Assembly (NCBI GenBank): GCA_964351595.1
Contig: CAYGOT010000001.1
Span: forward strand, 85,847-149,846
Length of the DNA stretch: 64,000 nt
Reading direction: 5' to 3'
Source: an uncultured Roseivirgaceae bacterium
GTDB lineage: Bacteria > Bacteroidota > Bacteroidia > Cytophagales > Cyclobacteriaceae
A program made the position numbers and the translations under genes. The notes below the pieces were generated by a model that was not told the DNA's origin, searched no databases, and worked only from the letters and a program-made list of their open reading frames with translations. How positions within the stretch are numbered: position 1 is the stretch's first letter; the number at the start of each line of letters is the position of its first letter. Of the stretch, positions 53,579 to 63,433 are shown piece after piece.

Positions 53579-54908
53579 GATCTGTGCTGGGTTGGTACAT
53601 GATGGTAAACCAAATATAAGCCACTAGCAGTAGTCCGGCGTAGACCATGGCTAGCATTGGATTGTAGATAGTAATCGAGACCAGGGCGACTGAGCTGATG
53701 ACCAAAGCTATAATGGGCGAAGCAGGGTAGAGCGGTACTTTGAAGGGTCGCTCCATATCTGGGAATGACCTTCTCAACTTGATCATCGAGATCATGGATA
53801 TAATGTAAAGTGTCAATGCTCCGAAGCACGCGATGGTGATGATTTCACCCGTCTTACCAGAAAGCAATGCGATGATTCCGATCCCGGTGTTGATGAGCAA
53901 TGCATTGGCTGGGGTCTTGAACTTGGGATGGACTCTACCGAAAACAGGAGGTGCAAATCCCACTCTTCCAAACTCGAACGTCGCGCGACCGGCGGCCAGG
54001 ATAATCCCGTGAAAGGAAGCTATCAAGCCAGATAGTCCAATCAGGCTGATAACTTTAAATGTGATATGATTTTCGCCCACAGCTTGCATTAAGGCCAGCG
54101 GCAATGGTGAGTCTGAGGGATCTCCTGTTTGCGGATCGATTACTACTGTTTCCCATCCATTGACTCCTACCGAGAATGTGAAGGTGAGGAGGCACAGTAC
54201 GATGAGCGTGAGGATGGCAGAGCCAAATCCGATGAGGATATTCTTTTGAGGATTGACCGTCTCCTCGGCTACATTGGCTACTCCTTCAATGGCCAGGAAA
54301 AACCAAATGGCGAAAGGGATGGCCGCAAAGGCGCCAGGCCAGCCATTGGGCAATGGATTGCTGGTGAGGTTGGCTACTTCGAAGCTATTTGCGGTAGCGA
54401 AAAAGAAGAGGACCAGACCCAGGACTGCCAATAAAGTCACTACGAGTTCAAAAGTGGCGGCTGCTTGTACGCCGTAGATGTTGAGTGCAGTGAAGATCAG
54501 GTAGAAGACTATTGCGGTAGCGAGAATGGAAAGAGACGGGAAGAGGAGCTGTACATATGCACCAATGGCAAAGGCAATGGCTGGCGGGGCGAAGATGAAC
54601 TCAATGTTTTGCGCCATACCGGCAAAAAAGCCCCACTGCCTGCCGAGTGCCTTGTGGGCATAGTCGAATGCGCCTCCGGCCTTGGGAATAGCGCAGGCCA
54701 TCTCGGTGTAGCAGAAGGTGAAGGTCAGGTACATGAGGATGATAAACCCGGTAGCGACAGCCATACCGAGCGTGCCGCCCTCCTTCAATCCCAGATTCCA
54801 CCCAAAGTACATACCGGAGATCACGTACCCTACGCCCAGGCCCCATAGCATGACAGGGCCAAGCTTGCGCTCTAGTTGTTGGTCTGGGGGTGGTGGTGTG
54901 GATGACAT
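53568..54908 (-). CDS. APC-superfamily amino-compound permease, ethanolamine-permease (EAT family)-like
   Basis: 446 aa with 12 TM helices. The N-terminal block LERKLGPVMLWGLGVGYVISGMYFGWNLGL and the later CAIPKAGGAFDYA resemble the ethanolamine permease signature. Confidence 0.65.
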   Translation of the reverse strand: MSSTPPPPDQQLERKLGPVMLWGLGVGYVISGMYFGWNLGLKEGGTLGMAVATGFIILMYLTFTFCYTEMACAIPKAGGAFDYAHKALGRQWGFFAGMAQNIEFIFAPPAIAFAIGAYVQLLFPSLSILATAIVFYLIFTALNIYGVQAAATFELVVTLLAVLGLVLFFFATANSFEVANLTSNPLPNGWPGAFAAIPFAIWFFLAIEGVANVAEETVNPQKNILIGFGSAILTLIVLCLLTFTFSVGVNGWETVVIDPQTGDPSDSPLPLALMQAVGENHITFKVISLIGLSGLIASFHGIILAAGRATFEFGRVGFAPPVFGRVHPKFKTPANALLINTGIGIIALLSGKTGEIITIACFGALTLYIISMISMIKLRRSFPDMERPFKVPLYPASPIIALVISSVALVSITIYNPMLAMVYAGLLLVAYIWFTIMYQPSTDHEN

Positions 54909-55047
54909 CCACTAAAAATAGAGAGAATGGGGCACAATGTAGCGTATGGGCCACAGTTGATTTTGATAAAAATGGAGACGAGTTCCGAATGAGTTGAGGC
55001 GGGTAATTGTATTGGCTATTTAATATTCGTACTTTTATACCCAATCT

Positions 55048-55830
55048 TTGAAAATCACAATTCTATTGAAGCTTCAAGTGCTCTTTTTTGGGTTGCTCAT
55101 GATGGCCTTGCCTAGTCTCGGTCAGGAGATTACTGGCCGGACTTGGGTCAATGCTGATCATCAGACTATGGAGTTAGATGAGGATACGGCCAGATTTCAG
55201 CATCAGGGTAGGAAGGAGCTTTTTGCGTACATTATAGATGGTGATAAGCTGGACCTGACGGGTGCTGCTGGTGAGTTGCTGTCCTTCCAAATCGAGATGA
55301 GCGGTGATAGTCTGACCCTTCATAAATGGGTAGTGCCCAACTCCTCTGAGGTGAAGACGGCTGAAAATGAAAATGGAATACGACTCAATCTATCTATGAA
55401 GCTCAAGGACTATGAGATGCTGCGCTTTGCTGACGCATCCTCATTGGTGAAGTCCTATGATGATTTTGAGTCGCTTCAGTTCAGGTCAAATGCTTGTATG
55501 GGCACCTGCCCGGTCCTGGATATTACCATCAATTCAAATCGTGAAGTGAGCTTTAAAGCAGAGGCGTATGCCGACCATCTAGGTACGTATACCTCGCAGC
55601 TGGACAAAGCACAAATGCACCAAATCTGTGAGCTTGTGAAGCAAGGTGACCTTCAAGGATTGAAGTCAAGACTTAAAACGCCACTTGACTTTCCGACCTA
55701 TTATTTGACCATTGACTATGGAGATGAAAAGGCTGAGTATAGCGGCTACTCGTTGTACGAACCTTTGAATCAATTAATACAGCAGTTTCTTGATTTTGAT
55801 ACTACTTTGAAATTGAAGAAATTGGAATGA
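55048..55830 (+). CDS. Secreted hypothetical protein (DUF6438-like C-x-G-x-C-P motif)
   Basis: 260 aa with a TTG start and a signal peptide. It contains SNACMGTCPVLDITINSN. Its stop overlaps the possible ATG of the downstream giant gene (ATGA at 55827-55830). Confidence 0.4.
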   Translation: MKITILLKLQVLFFGLLMMALPSLGQEITGRTWVNADHQTMELDEDTARFQHQGRKELFAYIIDGDKLDLTGAAGELLSFQIEMSGDSLTLHKWVVPNSSEVKTAENENGIRLNLSMKLKDYEMLRFADASSLVKSYDDFESLQFRSNACMGTCPVLDITINSNREVSFKAEAYADHLGTYTSQLDKAQMHQICELVKQGDLQGLKSRLKTPLDFPTYYLTIDYGDEKAEYSGYSLYEPLNQLIQQFLDFDTTLKLKKLE

Positions 55831-58800
55831 TAAATCTACATCTGAGAACCCCTCATCTTATGAAACAGCTTTACTATTTCAGTGCCTTTTTTCTTATTTG
55901 TTTTTTCTCGATTCTTGATTCAGTTTTTGGGCAAAAAATAGAAAGATACGAAATGCAGCGGTTTGAGTCCAACGGGAAGGTTTATAACCGAATAAAAGTG
56001 AATGCCCCGGTTTGTGAATTACCCGCAAGCTATCAATCTGAAGAGAAACTCCTACTTAAGGCTTTATCACTGAGAACCGCTTACCAACCTGACCTGCTAA
56101 ATTCCATTACACCAACAGCTACATTTGAGGTTGTTTACGATAACGATTTCCCCGAGGCTGGAAAAACAGCATTTCAATTTGCATTAGACATTTGGGCGCG
56201 CACAATAGTTTCTACTGTTCCGATAAAAGTTGAAGCTAACTATGAACCATTGGGGCCAGGCTCCTTAGCTAATGCTCGTTCACTCTTTATTTATCCTGAC
56301 CCGGATAATGCACCTTTTGCAAACACCTTCTACTCTTCTGCACTATCAAACGCCTTGGCAGGCACAGATATCGATACTAATTCAGGAGATGTCGAAGTAA
56401 ATATGGCAGATCGAAACGATTGGTATTTCGGTACCGATCCCAATGGGCTGCCTTCTGACAAGTTTGATTTTACGTCCACAGCGCTACATGAACTCGCCCA
56501 TGGTCTGGGTTTTTCTGGTACGGGTTCTTCTGACGATACTGAGGGTTCTTGGGGTGTTGGGAATGACAAAGAACCAATGGTCTACGATCGATTCGTTAAA
56601 AATGGATCAGATGTGGAATTAACTTCGTTTACCGGAAACGATAACCCATCAGCCGCTTTGGATATCTACTTAACTAGCCAAGATCTTTTCTTAACTGGCC
56701 CCAACGTCTTGGCGGCTCATAGTGGTCCTGCACCGATCCATGCACCAGATCCATTTAATCCAGGATCAAGCTTTTCGCACTGGTCGGATGATTTTGATAG
56801 CACTGATGATGCATTTATGACTTTCAGTTCGTTTAGCGGTGAGATAACTAGAACCATTGGCCCAGTCACCCGGGCTCTTTTCAAAGACATGGGTTGGCAG
56901 CTCAATGAACTCGCTGCTCCGACAACCAGAGCAACAAATGTCCAGTTTTCCAATGTAGGTCTTACCCAAATGACGGTCTCATGGACAAATGGTGACGGTA
57001 GCCACAGGATAGTAGTGGCTCGAGAAGGAGTAGAACCAACTAGTACGCCAGCAGACGGTACGGATTATGCCGCGGATGCGAACTTTGGTTCAGGTGAAGT
57101 CTTGGGTGATGGTGTCGTTGTGTACAATGGTGATGGTAATTCATTTACGATGACTGGGCTCAACCCTAGTACTACCTATGTTGTCATAGTTTATGAATAC
57201 AATAACGTGACGGATGAGTTTCTCTACAAGACAGATGGTACTGCAGCAGGTGTACAAGACACAGCTGCCCCACTTGCTGCCCCGACTACCAGTGCTTCCA
57301 ACCTGCAGTTTACGAATGTCGACCTTACCTCAATGGACGTGTCCTGGACCAATGGCAATGGCAATAATCGCATCGTACTGGCTCGTGAAGGAGCTGCTCC
57401 TACTGGTAGTCCTGTAGATGCTACAGACTATGCGGCGAATGCTGACTTCACCGCAGCACCTGTGCTTGGTGACAGTAAAGTAGTGTATGACGGAGCTGGT
57501 AGTTCATTTACGATGACTGGACTCACGGCAAGTACCACTTACCATGTAGCGGTCTATGAATACAATAATCAGACGGATGAATTCCTTTACAAGACTGATG
57601 CACCCGCAATCGGCAATAAAGCGACAACTGATCCTGACCTGACTCCTCCAGCGATTGCCGGAGGTGGTTTGGATCCGGCGAACAATGCTACGGAGGTGTT
57701 AATTACCACCGATTTGTCCATCGAGTTTGATGAACCTATTCAAAAGGGCACGGGAAATATTACTGTTTTTGATGGGGCTGATCAACTGCTTCAGACAGTA
57801 GCTTTGACTAGTGATGATGTAAGCGTAGAGGGCAACACCGCCATTATTGACTTACCAGAATATCTGCCTAGCAGCACAACTATATATGTGCAAATTGCTG
57901 CTGGAGCATTTGAAGATGCGAGCAGCAACGCCTTTGTAGGAATTAACGACAACACCACATGGACATTTGCTACGAGTGCATTTGATTGTAGTGGATTTAC
58001 TGTTGATAATGTCACTATCACAGTTGACTCGGAAGAAACCAGCTGTGATGCGCCTAATGGGTCATTGTCCGCAACAGTAGATGTTGGTGGAGGTCCGGTT
58101 ACAAATGGATATATCTTCACCTGGTACAACTCAGGTGATCTGAATACACCTATTGGTGATGCTGCTCAGATCGACGGTCTTGCTGCTGGAAATTATACGG
58201 TATTCGTCGAAGATGAGGCCACAGGCTGTGAAGTCACGAAGGAGGAGACGATCGTCACCAATAAAGTTGATCCTGTGCTTGATCAGGGGTTTGTATCCGA
58301 CTCGGAAGTTTGTTTTGGTATCCCCGATGGACAGATTGATATCACCGCTGATGGTGGACAAACCAACGGCTACACCTTCGAGTGGTCAATTGGAGGAGTG
58401 GCCAAAGCTACTCCGGATTTTGAGGGTGGAGGTACTTACGATGGCCTGGGTAATGGCAATTACACCGTAGTGGCTGTGAATAACATTACTCTTTGCAGGT
58501 CAGAGAGTGCTACCTTCACAGTAGGTACTGACACTACAGATCCTGTCCTAGGAGACGCTACTATAGTGCCCAACGGAGGATGCGGAAGTCCTAGCGGACA
58601 ACTCAGTATTGCCACAGATCAAGGTCAGACCAACGGTTTCACATTCAGCTGGTGGAATGGGGATACTAACATCGGGCAAGCTGATTTTGCAGGTGGTCCA
58701 GTTTACTCCGGGCTGGCCGCTGGTGAATATACGGTGCAGGTACAAAGTGACGCTACCGGGTGCATATCTGAGACTCGAACTTTTGAGGTTACTACAGCGG

Positions 58801-61061
58801 CACAAGACATTCCGGTAGTGGATGCAGTGGTCACCAATGGCCAGGGCTGTGCACTACCCGGTGAGGGCGAGGTGAGAGTCACTATCTCTTCTACCAATGC
58901 GCCTTCCGCTTATAATGTTCAGATTCTGCAAGGGCAGACCGTGGTGCAGCAAGAGACAGTGACCAATGGACCTGCGGGCATTACACTGGATGGTTTGCTC
59001 GATGGAAGCTATACTGTCAGGGTCACAGACAATGATAAAGGTTGCTCAACCGACAAGCCTATTACCGTTGCGTACACAGCGATCCCATTGACGGTACCCC
59101 AAAATGTGACTATCGGAGACATTACAGACGAGACTGCTACTGTCAATTGGAATGCAGTAGCTGCTGATGCTACCTACGAAATTCTCTATGAGACGGCTAG
59201 CAGCGATATACTCTCTGAAGTTGGAACTGCAGGTAGCAACTCATTTGCGATAGCAGGTCTTACCGATAGTACGGTATATGAGGTGAGCGTACTTACTGTC
59301 TGTGATGATGGTGGTACGCCTGCTAAGTCTGACTATTCGGCGGTGAAGACTTTCAAGACATTGCTGCTCTGTGGTGCGGATAAGACAGCAGCCCCAACGT
59401 GGTACAAAGATGCTGATGGTGACGGTGTGGGTATCTCCAATGATATTATCATCGCCTGTGAAAAGCCAACCGGATACGTTGAAGATGATGGTGATTGCAA
59501 TGATGCCGACCCGGATGTCTACCCCGGAGCACCAAAGCTGCCTGATGGCAAGGACAATGACTGTGATGGTATTGTTGATAAGGCTAATCAGTCTATCGAT
59601 TTTGCCCTTATCAGTAATAGCCTGGTGAGTGACAACATTATCGAGCTTGTTGCTGAGGCCACTAGCGGTTTGAATGTAACCTTTACTGCTGTAGGGCCTG
59701 TGACGATTGCAGGTTCCACCGCTGAGATAACCGGAACAGGAGATGTGGTGGTGACTGCATCCCAGGCTGGTAATGATTTCTTCAATGCTGCTACGAACGT
59801 TATCCGCCTCTTTAAGATCTCAAAAGGAAATCAGGTGATTACCTTCTCTGAGCTGGAGGATGTAAAGTACGCAGATCAGACCATACCTTATACAGTGACT
59901 GTTGACTCGGAACTACCCTTGTCGATAGCCGTAGAAGGGCCTGCTGAGAATACTGCGGATGGCTTGAAAATCACAGGTGTGGGTACGGTAACCGTCACTG
60001 CCAGTCAGGCAGGAAACGACCTGTACAATGCTGCCACTTATGCTCGCTCTTTCGAGGTAACTAAGGGTGACCAGGAGTTGATGATTAGTAATTCCGGTGG
60101 ACCATTTGTACCTGGTGATGTATCTGTCATAACGGCAACCAGCAGTGTTGGTCTGGAGGTATCTCTGTCTATTGAAGGGCCGGGCGTTTTGACCGGAAAT
60201 GAGGTGACCTTTGAAAGTGCCGGGCGGGTAAAGGTAATCGCTACCCAGTCCGGTAACGATAATTATAGCAGTCCTAATCCAGCCATACTGTTTATTGACG
60301 TGGAGTTGGCAAAGACGGTGATCGATCCCATCGAGCTTCCGGACGAAATCGGGGAGAACGGAGAAATCGACTTGCCTCCAACCACTCCGGGTGGAGCACC
60401 TATTGTTTATACAGTGACCGGGCCTGCGTTTATTGATGAAAATGGTAATCTGGTAATCACGGGCCCAGGTCTGGTAACCATCACAAGTTCTCTTGGTGAA
60501 AATGATCTGGAAGAAGCCGAACCCCTTGAGGATTCATTCTGTGTGTTCCCTACAAAACCCACAATCTCAAGTCAGGTTGATGAGGTTAATCAGGTGGTGG
60601 TATTCACTTCAAGTAGCGCCGAAGGCAACCAGTGGTTTAAAAATAACGTCACCGCTACCGGCGAAACGGGGCAGACTTTTGAGATTCCGATAGGTGTCAA
60701 TGCTGAAATACAAGTCCAGGTGACCATAGACGGATGTGAGTCGGAAGTATCAGAGGTTGTCAATGGTAGTGGGCAGCAGGTTACTGGTATTGAAGACCTT
60801 ATCAGCAATGGTCAATTGAAAGCATATCCCAATCCTGTCCAGGATGTATTCTCGATAGAGCTCTCAGGGCAGATTTTTGACCGTGCTCCGGTAGCGAGGT
60901 TGTATACGCTGGATGGCCAAATCATCAATGAAAGCGAGATGAGAAGTGAAGGCTTCACCTGGCAGACGAGATTTGATGTTAGCCAGCTAAAGCAGGGAAT
61001 CTACCTCTACCAACTGGTAGAAGGCCAGCATGTACTTACGGGTAAGTTTATCAAGAGGTAA
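55827..61061 (+). CDS. Giant T9SS-secreted multidomain protein: zincin metallopeptidase-like head, FN3-like, SprB-type, Cys-rich metal-binding-motif and Ig-like repeats, and a T9SS C-terminal sorting domain
   Basis: 1744 aa. An alternative start at 55860 gives a clean signal peptide (MKQLYYFSAFFLICFFSILDSVFGQ). It contains TALHELAHGLGF (HExxH). SprB-like units include CDAPNGSLSATV...NGYIFTWYN. DADGDGVG...DCNDADPDVYPGAPKLPDGKDNDCDG is also present. The CTD is AYPNPVQDVFSIEL...GIYLYQLV...GKFIKR. Confidence 0.8.
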   Translation: MINLHLRTPHLMKQLYYFSAFFLICFFSILDSVFGQKIERYEMQRFESNGKVYNRIKVNAPVCELPASYQSEEKLLLKALSLRTAYQPDLLNSITPTATFEVVYDNDFPEAGKTAFQFALDIWARTIVSTVPIKVEANYEPLGPGSLANARSLFIYPDPDNAPFANTFYSSALSNALAGTDIDTNSGDVEVNMADRNDWYFGTDPNGLPSDKFDFTSTALHELAHGLGFSGTGSSDDTEGSWGVGNDKEPMVYDRFVKNGSDVELTSFTGNDNPSAALDIYLTSQDLFLTGPNVLAAHSGPAPIHAPDPFNPGSSFSHWSDDFDSTDDAFMTFSSFSGEITRTIGPVTRALFKDMGWQLNELAAPTTRATNVQFSNVGLTQMTVSWTNGDGSHRIVVAREGVEPTSTPADGTDYAADANFGSGEVLGDGVVVYNGDGNSFTMTGLNPSTTYVVIVYEYNNVTDEFLYKTDGTAAGVQDTAAPLAAPTTSASNLQFTNVDLTSMDVSWTNGNGNNRIVLAREGAAPTGSPVDATDYAANADFTAAPVLGDSKVVYDGAGSSFTMTGLTASTTYHVAVYEYNNQTDEFLYKTDAPAIGNKATTDPDLTPPAIAGGGLDPANNATEVLITTDLSIEFDEPIQKGTGNITVFDGADQLLQTVALTSDDVSVEGNTAIIDLPEYLPSSTTIYVQIAAGAFEDASSNAFVGINDNTTWTFATSAFDCSGFTVDNVTITVDSEETSCDAPNGSLSATVDVGGGPVTNGYIFTWYNSGDLNTPIGDAAQIDGLAAGNYTVFVEDEATGCEVTKEETIVTNKVDPVLDQGFVSDSEVCFGIPDGQIDITADGGQTNGYTFEWSIGGVAKATPDFEGGGTYDGLGNGNYTVVAVNNITLCRSESATFTVGTDTTDPVLGDATIVPNGGCGSPSGQLSIATDQGQTNGFTFSWWNGDTNIGQADFAGGPVYSGLAAGEYTVQVQSDATGCISETRTFEVTTAAQDIPVVDAVVTNGQGCALPGEGEVRVTISSTNAPSAYNVQILQGQTVVQQETVTNGPAGITLDGLLDGSYTVRVTDNDKGCSTDKPITVAYTAIPLTVPQNVTIGDITDETATVNWNAVAADATYEILYETASSDILSEVGTAGSNSFAIAGLTDSTVYEVSVLTVCDDGGTPAKSDYSAVKTFKTLLLCGADKTAAPTWYKDADGDGVGISNDIIIACEKPTGYVEDDGDCNDADPDVYPGAPKLPDGKDNDCDGIVDKANQSIDFALISNSLVSDNIIELVAEATSGLNVTFTAVGPVTIAGSTAEITGTGDVVVTASQAGNDFFNAATNVIRLFKISKGNQVITFSELEDVKYADQTIPYTVTVDSELPLSIAVEGPAENTADGLKITGVGTVTVTASQAGNDLYNAATYARSFEVTKGDQELMISNSGGPFVPGDVSVITATSSVGLEVSLSIEGPGVLTGNEVTFESAGRVKVIATQSGNDNYSSPNPAILFIDVELAKTVIDPIELPDEIGENGEIDLPPTTPGGAPIVYTVTGPAFIDENGNLVITGPGLVTITSSLGENDLEEAEPLEDSFCVFPTKPTISSQVDEVNQVVVFTSSSAEGNQWFKNNVTATGETGQTFEIPIGVNAEIQVQVTIDGCESEVSEVVNGSGQQVTGIEDLISNGQLKAYPNPVQDVFSIELSGQIFDRAPVARLYTLDGQIINESEMRSEGFTWQTRFDVSQLKQGIYLYQLVEGQHVLTGKFIKR
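56910..57635 (+). repeat. Internal tandem duplication: 2 x 363 nt (121-aa FN3-like modules)
   Basis: Unit 1 is LAAPTTRATNVQFSNVGLTQMTVSWTNGDGSHRIVVAREG...YEYNNVTDEFLYKTD. Unit 2 is LAAPTTSASNLQFTNVDLTSMDVSWTNGNGNNRIVLAREG...YEYNNQTDEFLYKTD. Confidence 0.85.
59589..60305 (+). repeat. Three tandem ~80-aa Ig-like modules
   Basis: The recurring cores are VVVTASQAGNDFFNAAT, VTVTASQAGNDLYNAAT and VKVIATQSGNDNYSSPN. Confidence 0.8.
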
Positions 61062-61080
61062 TACCGATAGCTAACGAACA

Positions 61081-61119
61081 AAAGGCCAACTCTCCAAGTG
61101 AGGGATGGCCTTTTGTTTT
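61081..61119 (+). terminator. Rho-independent terminator after the giant T9SS gene
   Basis: AAAGGCCA-(17 nt)-TGGCCTTT followed by TGTTTT. Confidence 0.55.
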
Positions 61120-61182
61120 ATAAGTCACTCCACTCGTATAATTCCCCATCTTACCCATTTCCAGGCAACTTAAATTGTTGAC

Positions 61183-63399
61183 ATGTTAGGGAGAATAGCA
61201 TTTTTAGTTTTGATGATGTCGACCGGCTTTACGGTTATGTCACAATCGATTACCATCAAGGCTACCAACGCCAAAATAGAACTTGATGGTGTGATCGAAG
61301 AGGCATGGTTTGAGGCGGATTCCGCGTACGATTTTATGCAGTACTTCCCTTACGATACCTCGCTCGCTGAGTCTCAGACGGTGGCGCGCATTCTCTATGA
61401 TGACCAGTTTATCTATGTGCTGGGCGTGATGCAAAATAAGGCGCTCGACAGGTCTTACATCACACCTTCACTTCGTCGTGATTTTCGTGGAGAAGCCAAC
61501 GACAGTTTTTCCGTCATTTTCGATTCTTTTAAGGATAAAACAAACGGCGTTCTATTTGGGATTAACCCCTTTGGTGTGAGGCGAGAAGCCCTCATCACTA
61601 ACGGCGGCTCTGGTGATGGCTCGTTTAACCGTGACTGGGACAACAAGTGGTATGGGGATGCCAAACAGTACGAAGGGTACTGGATAGCCGAAATGGCAAT
61701 ACCATTGAAGACGTTGCGTTTTGCAGAGAATGCAGAAAGCTGGAATATCAATTTTTACAGAATTGACAGTGAGTTTGCAGAGCGATCGACCTGGTCACCG
61801 ATCGAGCGCAACTTCTCTATTGTCAATATGGCGACTATGCGGGAGATGGAGTGGGATCGCCCTACCGGAAAACCGGGTACTAACATCTCAGTGATCCCTT
61901 ACGTTGCGGCCAGCTCCAACAGAGATTTTGAAGAAGGCACCCCGCAGGATAATGATATCTCTGCTGGTTTCGATTTGAAGTACGCCGTGACACCTGGCTT
62001 GAACCTTGACCTCACCGTCAACCCGGACTTTTCCCAAGTTGAAGTGGATCAACAAGTGACCAATTTGGATAGGTTTGAGATATTTTTTCCCGAGCGCCGA
62101 CAGTTCTTTCTGGAAAATGCGGACCTGTTTTCCGGCAATGGAAATTCAAGTACGCGACCATTTTTTAGTCGCAGGATAGGCGTGTCACAGGATACTGCTA
62201 CCGGCCAAAACATACAGAATCCAATTCCATTTGGTGCACGGTTAAGCGGTAAGCTCAATGATGATCTGCGCCTAGGTTTTTTGTCGATGCAAACAGGACC
62301 CGATGATCAAAATGGCCTGCCTTCATACAACTACACTGTACTCACCGTACAGCAAAAGGTATTTGATCGCTCCAATGTCAATTTCCTATTCGTCAACAAG
62401 CAGACCTTTGATGACGAACAGGAATACAATACAGTGGATTTCAACAAGTACAATCGCAGCATAGGTTCAGATTTCAATCTCGCTACCGCAAATAACAGAT
62501 GGAATGGCAAAGCATTCTTTCACCATACTTTCGAGGAGGATCAACCTGATGATGCCTATTCAGCGGGTTTGGAACTTGAGTATAGCGATCTCAAGTGGTC
62601 TTCTCGTATCTTCTCTCAGATCGTGGGAGAGGGGTTCAATCCGGAAGCTGGCTTTGTACGTCGGACCGATATCCGACAGTTAGCCACCACCACACGTTAC
62701 AGCTGGTATCCGGCCACAGGAGGGGTTCAAAGTCATGGACCCGGGTTTGATTTCGATCTTGTCGGCAACTCCACTTATGGTTTCCTCGACTGGGATTACA
62801 ACTTTCTTTATGACATCCGCTGGAGGAGTACGGCGCGGTTTAGCATGAGACTGAGGCAGCAGTACACTTACCTGTTTGATCCATTTGATCCGAGTGGGTC
62901 TGATGGCTTGGAGCTGCCAGCCAATACTGACTATGTCAACAAGCAGATCATTGCTAACTATACCTCTGATCAGCGCAAGAAGTTCTTTTTTGAGCTAAGA
63001 ACGCGATCCGGTGAGTATTTCAATGGTCATCGACTCAACCTAGCTGGAAGCATTGGCTATCGCTATCAGCCATTTGGTTTTACTTCTATTGACTTTACTT
63101 TCAACAGGATACTCTTACCAGCGCCCTATACTACCGGGAACTTAATTCTGGTAGGTCCGAGGTTTGATTTCACCTTTTCCAAGTCTGTTTTCTTCACCAC
63201 CTTCGTACAGTACAACAGTCAGATTGAAAACCTTAACATCAACAGTCGCCTGCAGTGGCGCTTCAAGCCAGTATCCGATATCTTCCTGGTCTACACCGAC
63301 AACTATTTTGCCTACAATGAAGGCAGTCGCTTTATCCGTTTTGGTGGCCCGAGGGTACGAGCGATAACTTTCAAGATTACCTATTGGTTGAATTTGTAA
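61183..63399 (+). CDS. CBM9-like / DUF5916-like outer-membrane-associated protein
   Basis: 738 aa with a signal peptide. The N-terminus ITIKATNAKIELDGVIEEAWFEADSAYDFMQYFPYD...ILYDDQFIYVLGVM fits the CBM9/DOMON-like pattern. A long beta-rich C-terminal region ends FKITYWLNL. Confidence 0.55.
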   Translation: MLGRIAFLVLMMSTGFTVMSQSITIKATNAKIELDGVIEEAWFEADSAYDFMQYFPYDTSLAESQTVARILYDDQFIYVLGVMQNKALDRSYITPSLRRDFRGEANDSFSVIFDSFKDKTNGVLFGINPFGVRREALITNGGSGDGSFNRDWDNKWYGDAKQYEGYWIAEMAIPLKTLRFAENAESWNINFYRIDSEFAERSTWSPIERNFSIVNMATMREMEWDRPTGKPGTNISVIPYVAASSNRDFEEGTPQDNDISAGFDLKYAVTPGLNLDLTVNPDFSQVEVDQQVTNLDRFEIFFPERRQFFLENADLFSGNGNSSTRPFFSRRIGVSQDTATGQNIQNPIPFGARLSGKLNDDLRLGFLSMQTGPDDQNGLPSYNYTVLTVQQKVFDRSNVNFLFVNKQTFDDEQEYNTVDFNKYNRSIGSDFNLATANNRWNGKAFFHHTFEEDQPDDAYSAGLELEYSDLKWSSRIFSQIVGEGFNPEAGFVRRTDIRQLATTTRYSWYPATGGVQSHGPGFDFDLVGNSTYGFLDWDYNFLYDIRWRSTARFSMRLRQQYTYLFDPFDPSGSDGLELPANTDYVNKQIIANYTSDQRKKFFFELRTRSGEYFNGHRLNLAGSIGYRYQPFGFTSIDFTFNRILLPAPYTTGNLILVGPRFDFTFSKSVFFTTFVQYNSQIENLNINSRLQWRFKPVSDIFLVYTDNYFAYNEGSRFIRFGGPRVRAITFKITYWLNL

Positions 63400-63433
63400 T
63401 ATCCGAGTGGTTTTAGAAGTTTTTGGGTTATCA

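Noticed and set aside
52657-55044. Multiple 60-147 aa ORFs overlapping the GS-like and permease genes (for example 52657..53079 and 54601..55044)
   Set aside because: They all overlap strongly supported genes and have Arg/Pro/Gly-rich shadow-type composition.
56330-60808. Numerous short ORFs on both strands inside the 1744-aa gene
   Set aside because: They fall within a long, motif-rich reading frame with a clear signal peptide and T9SS CTD. They are shadow ORFs.
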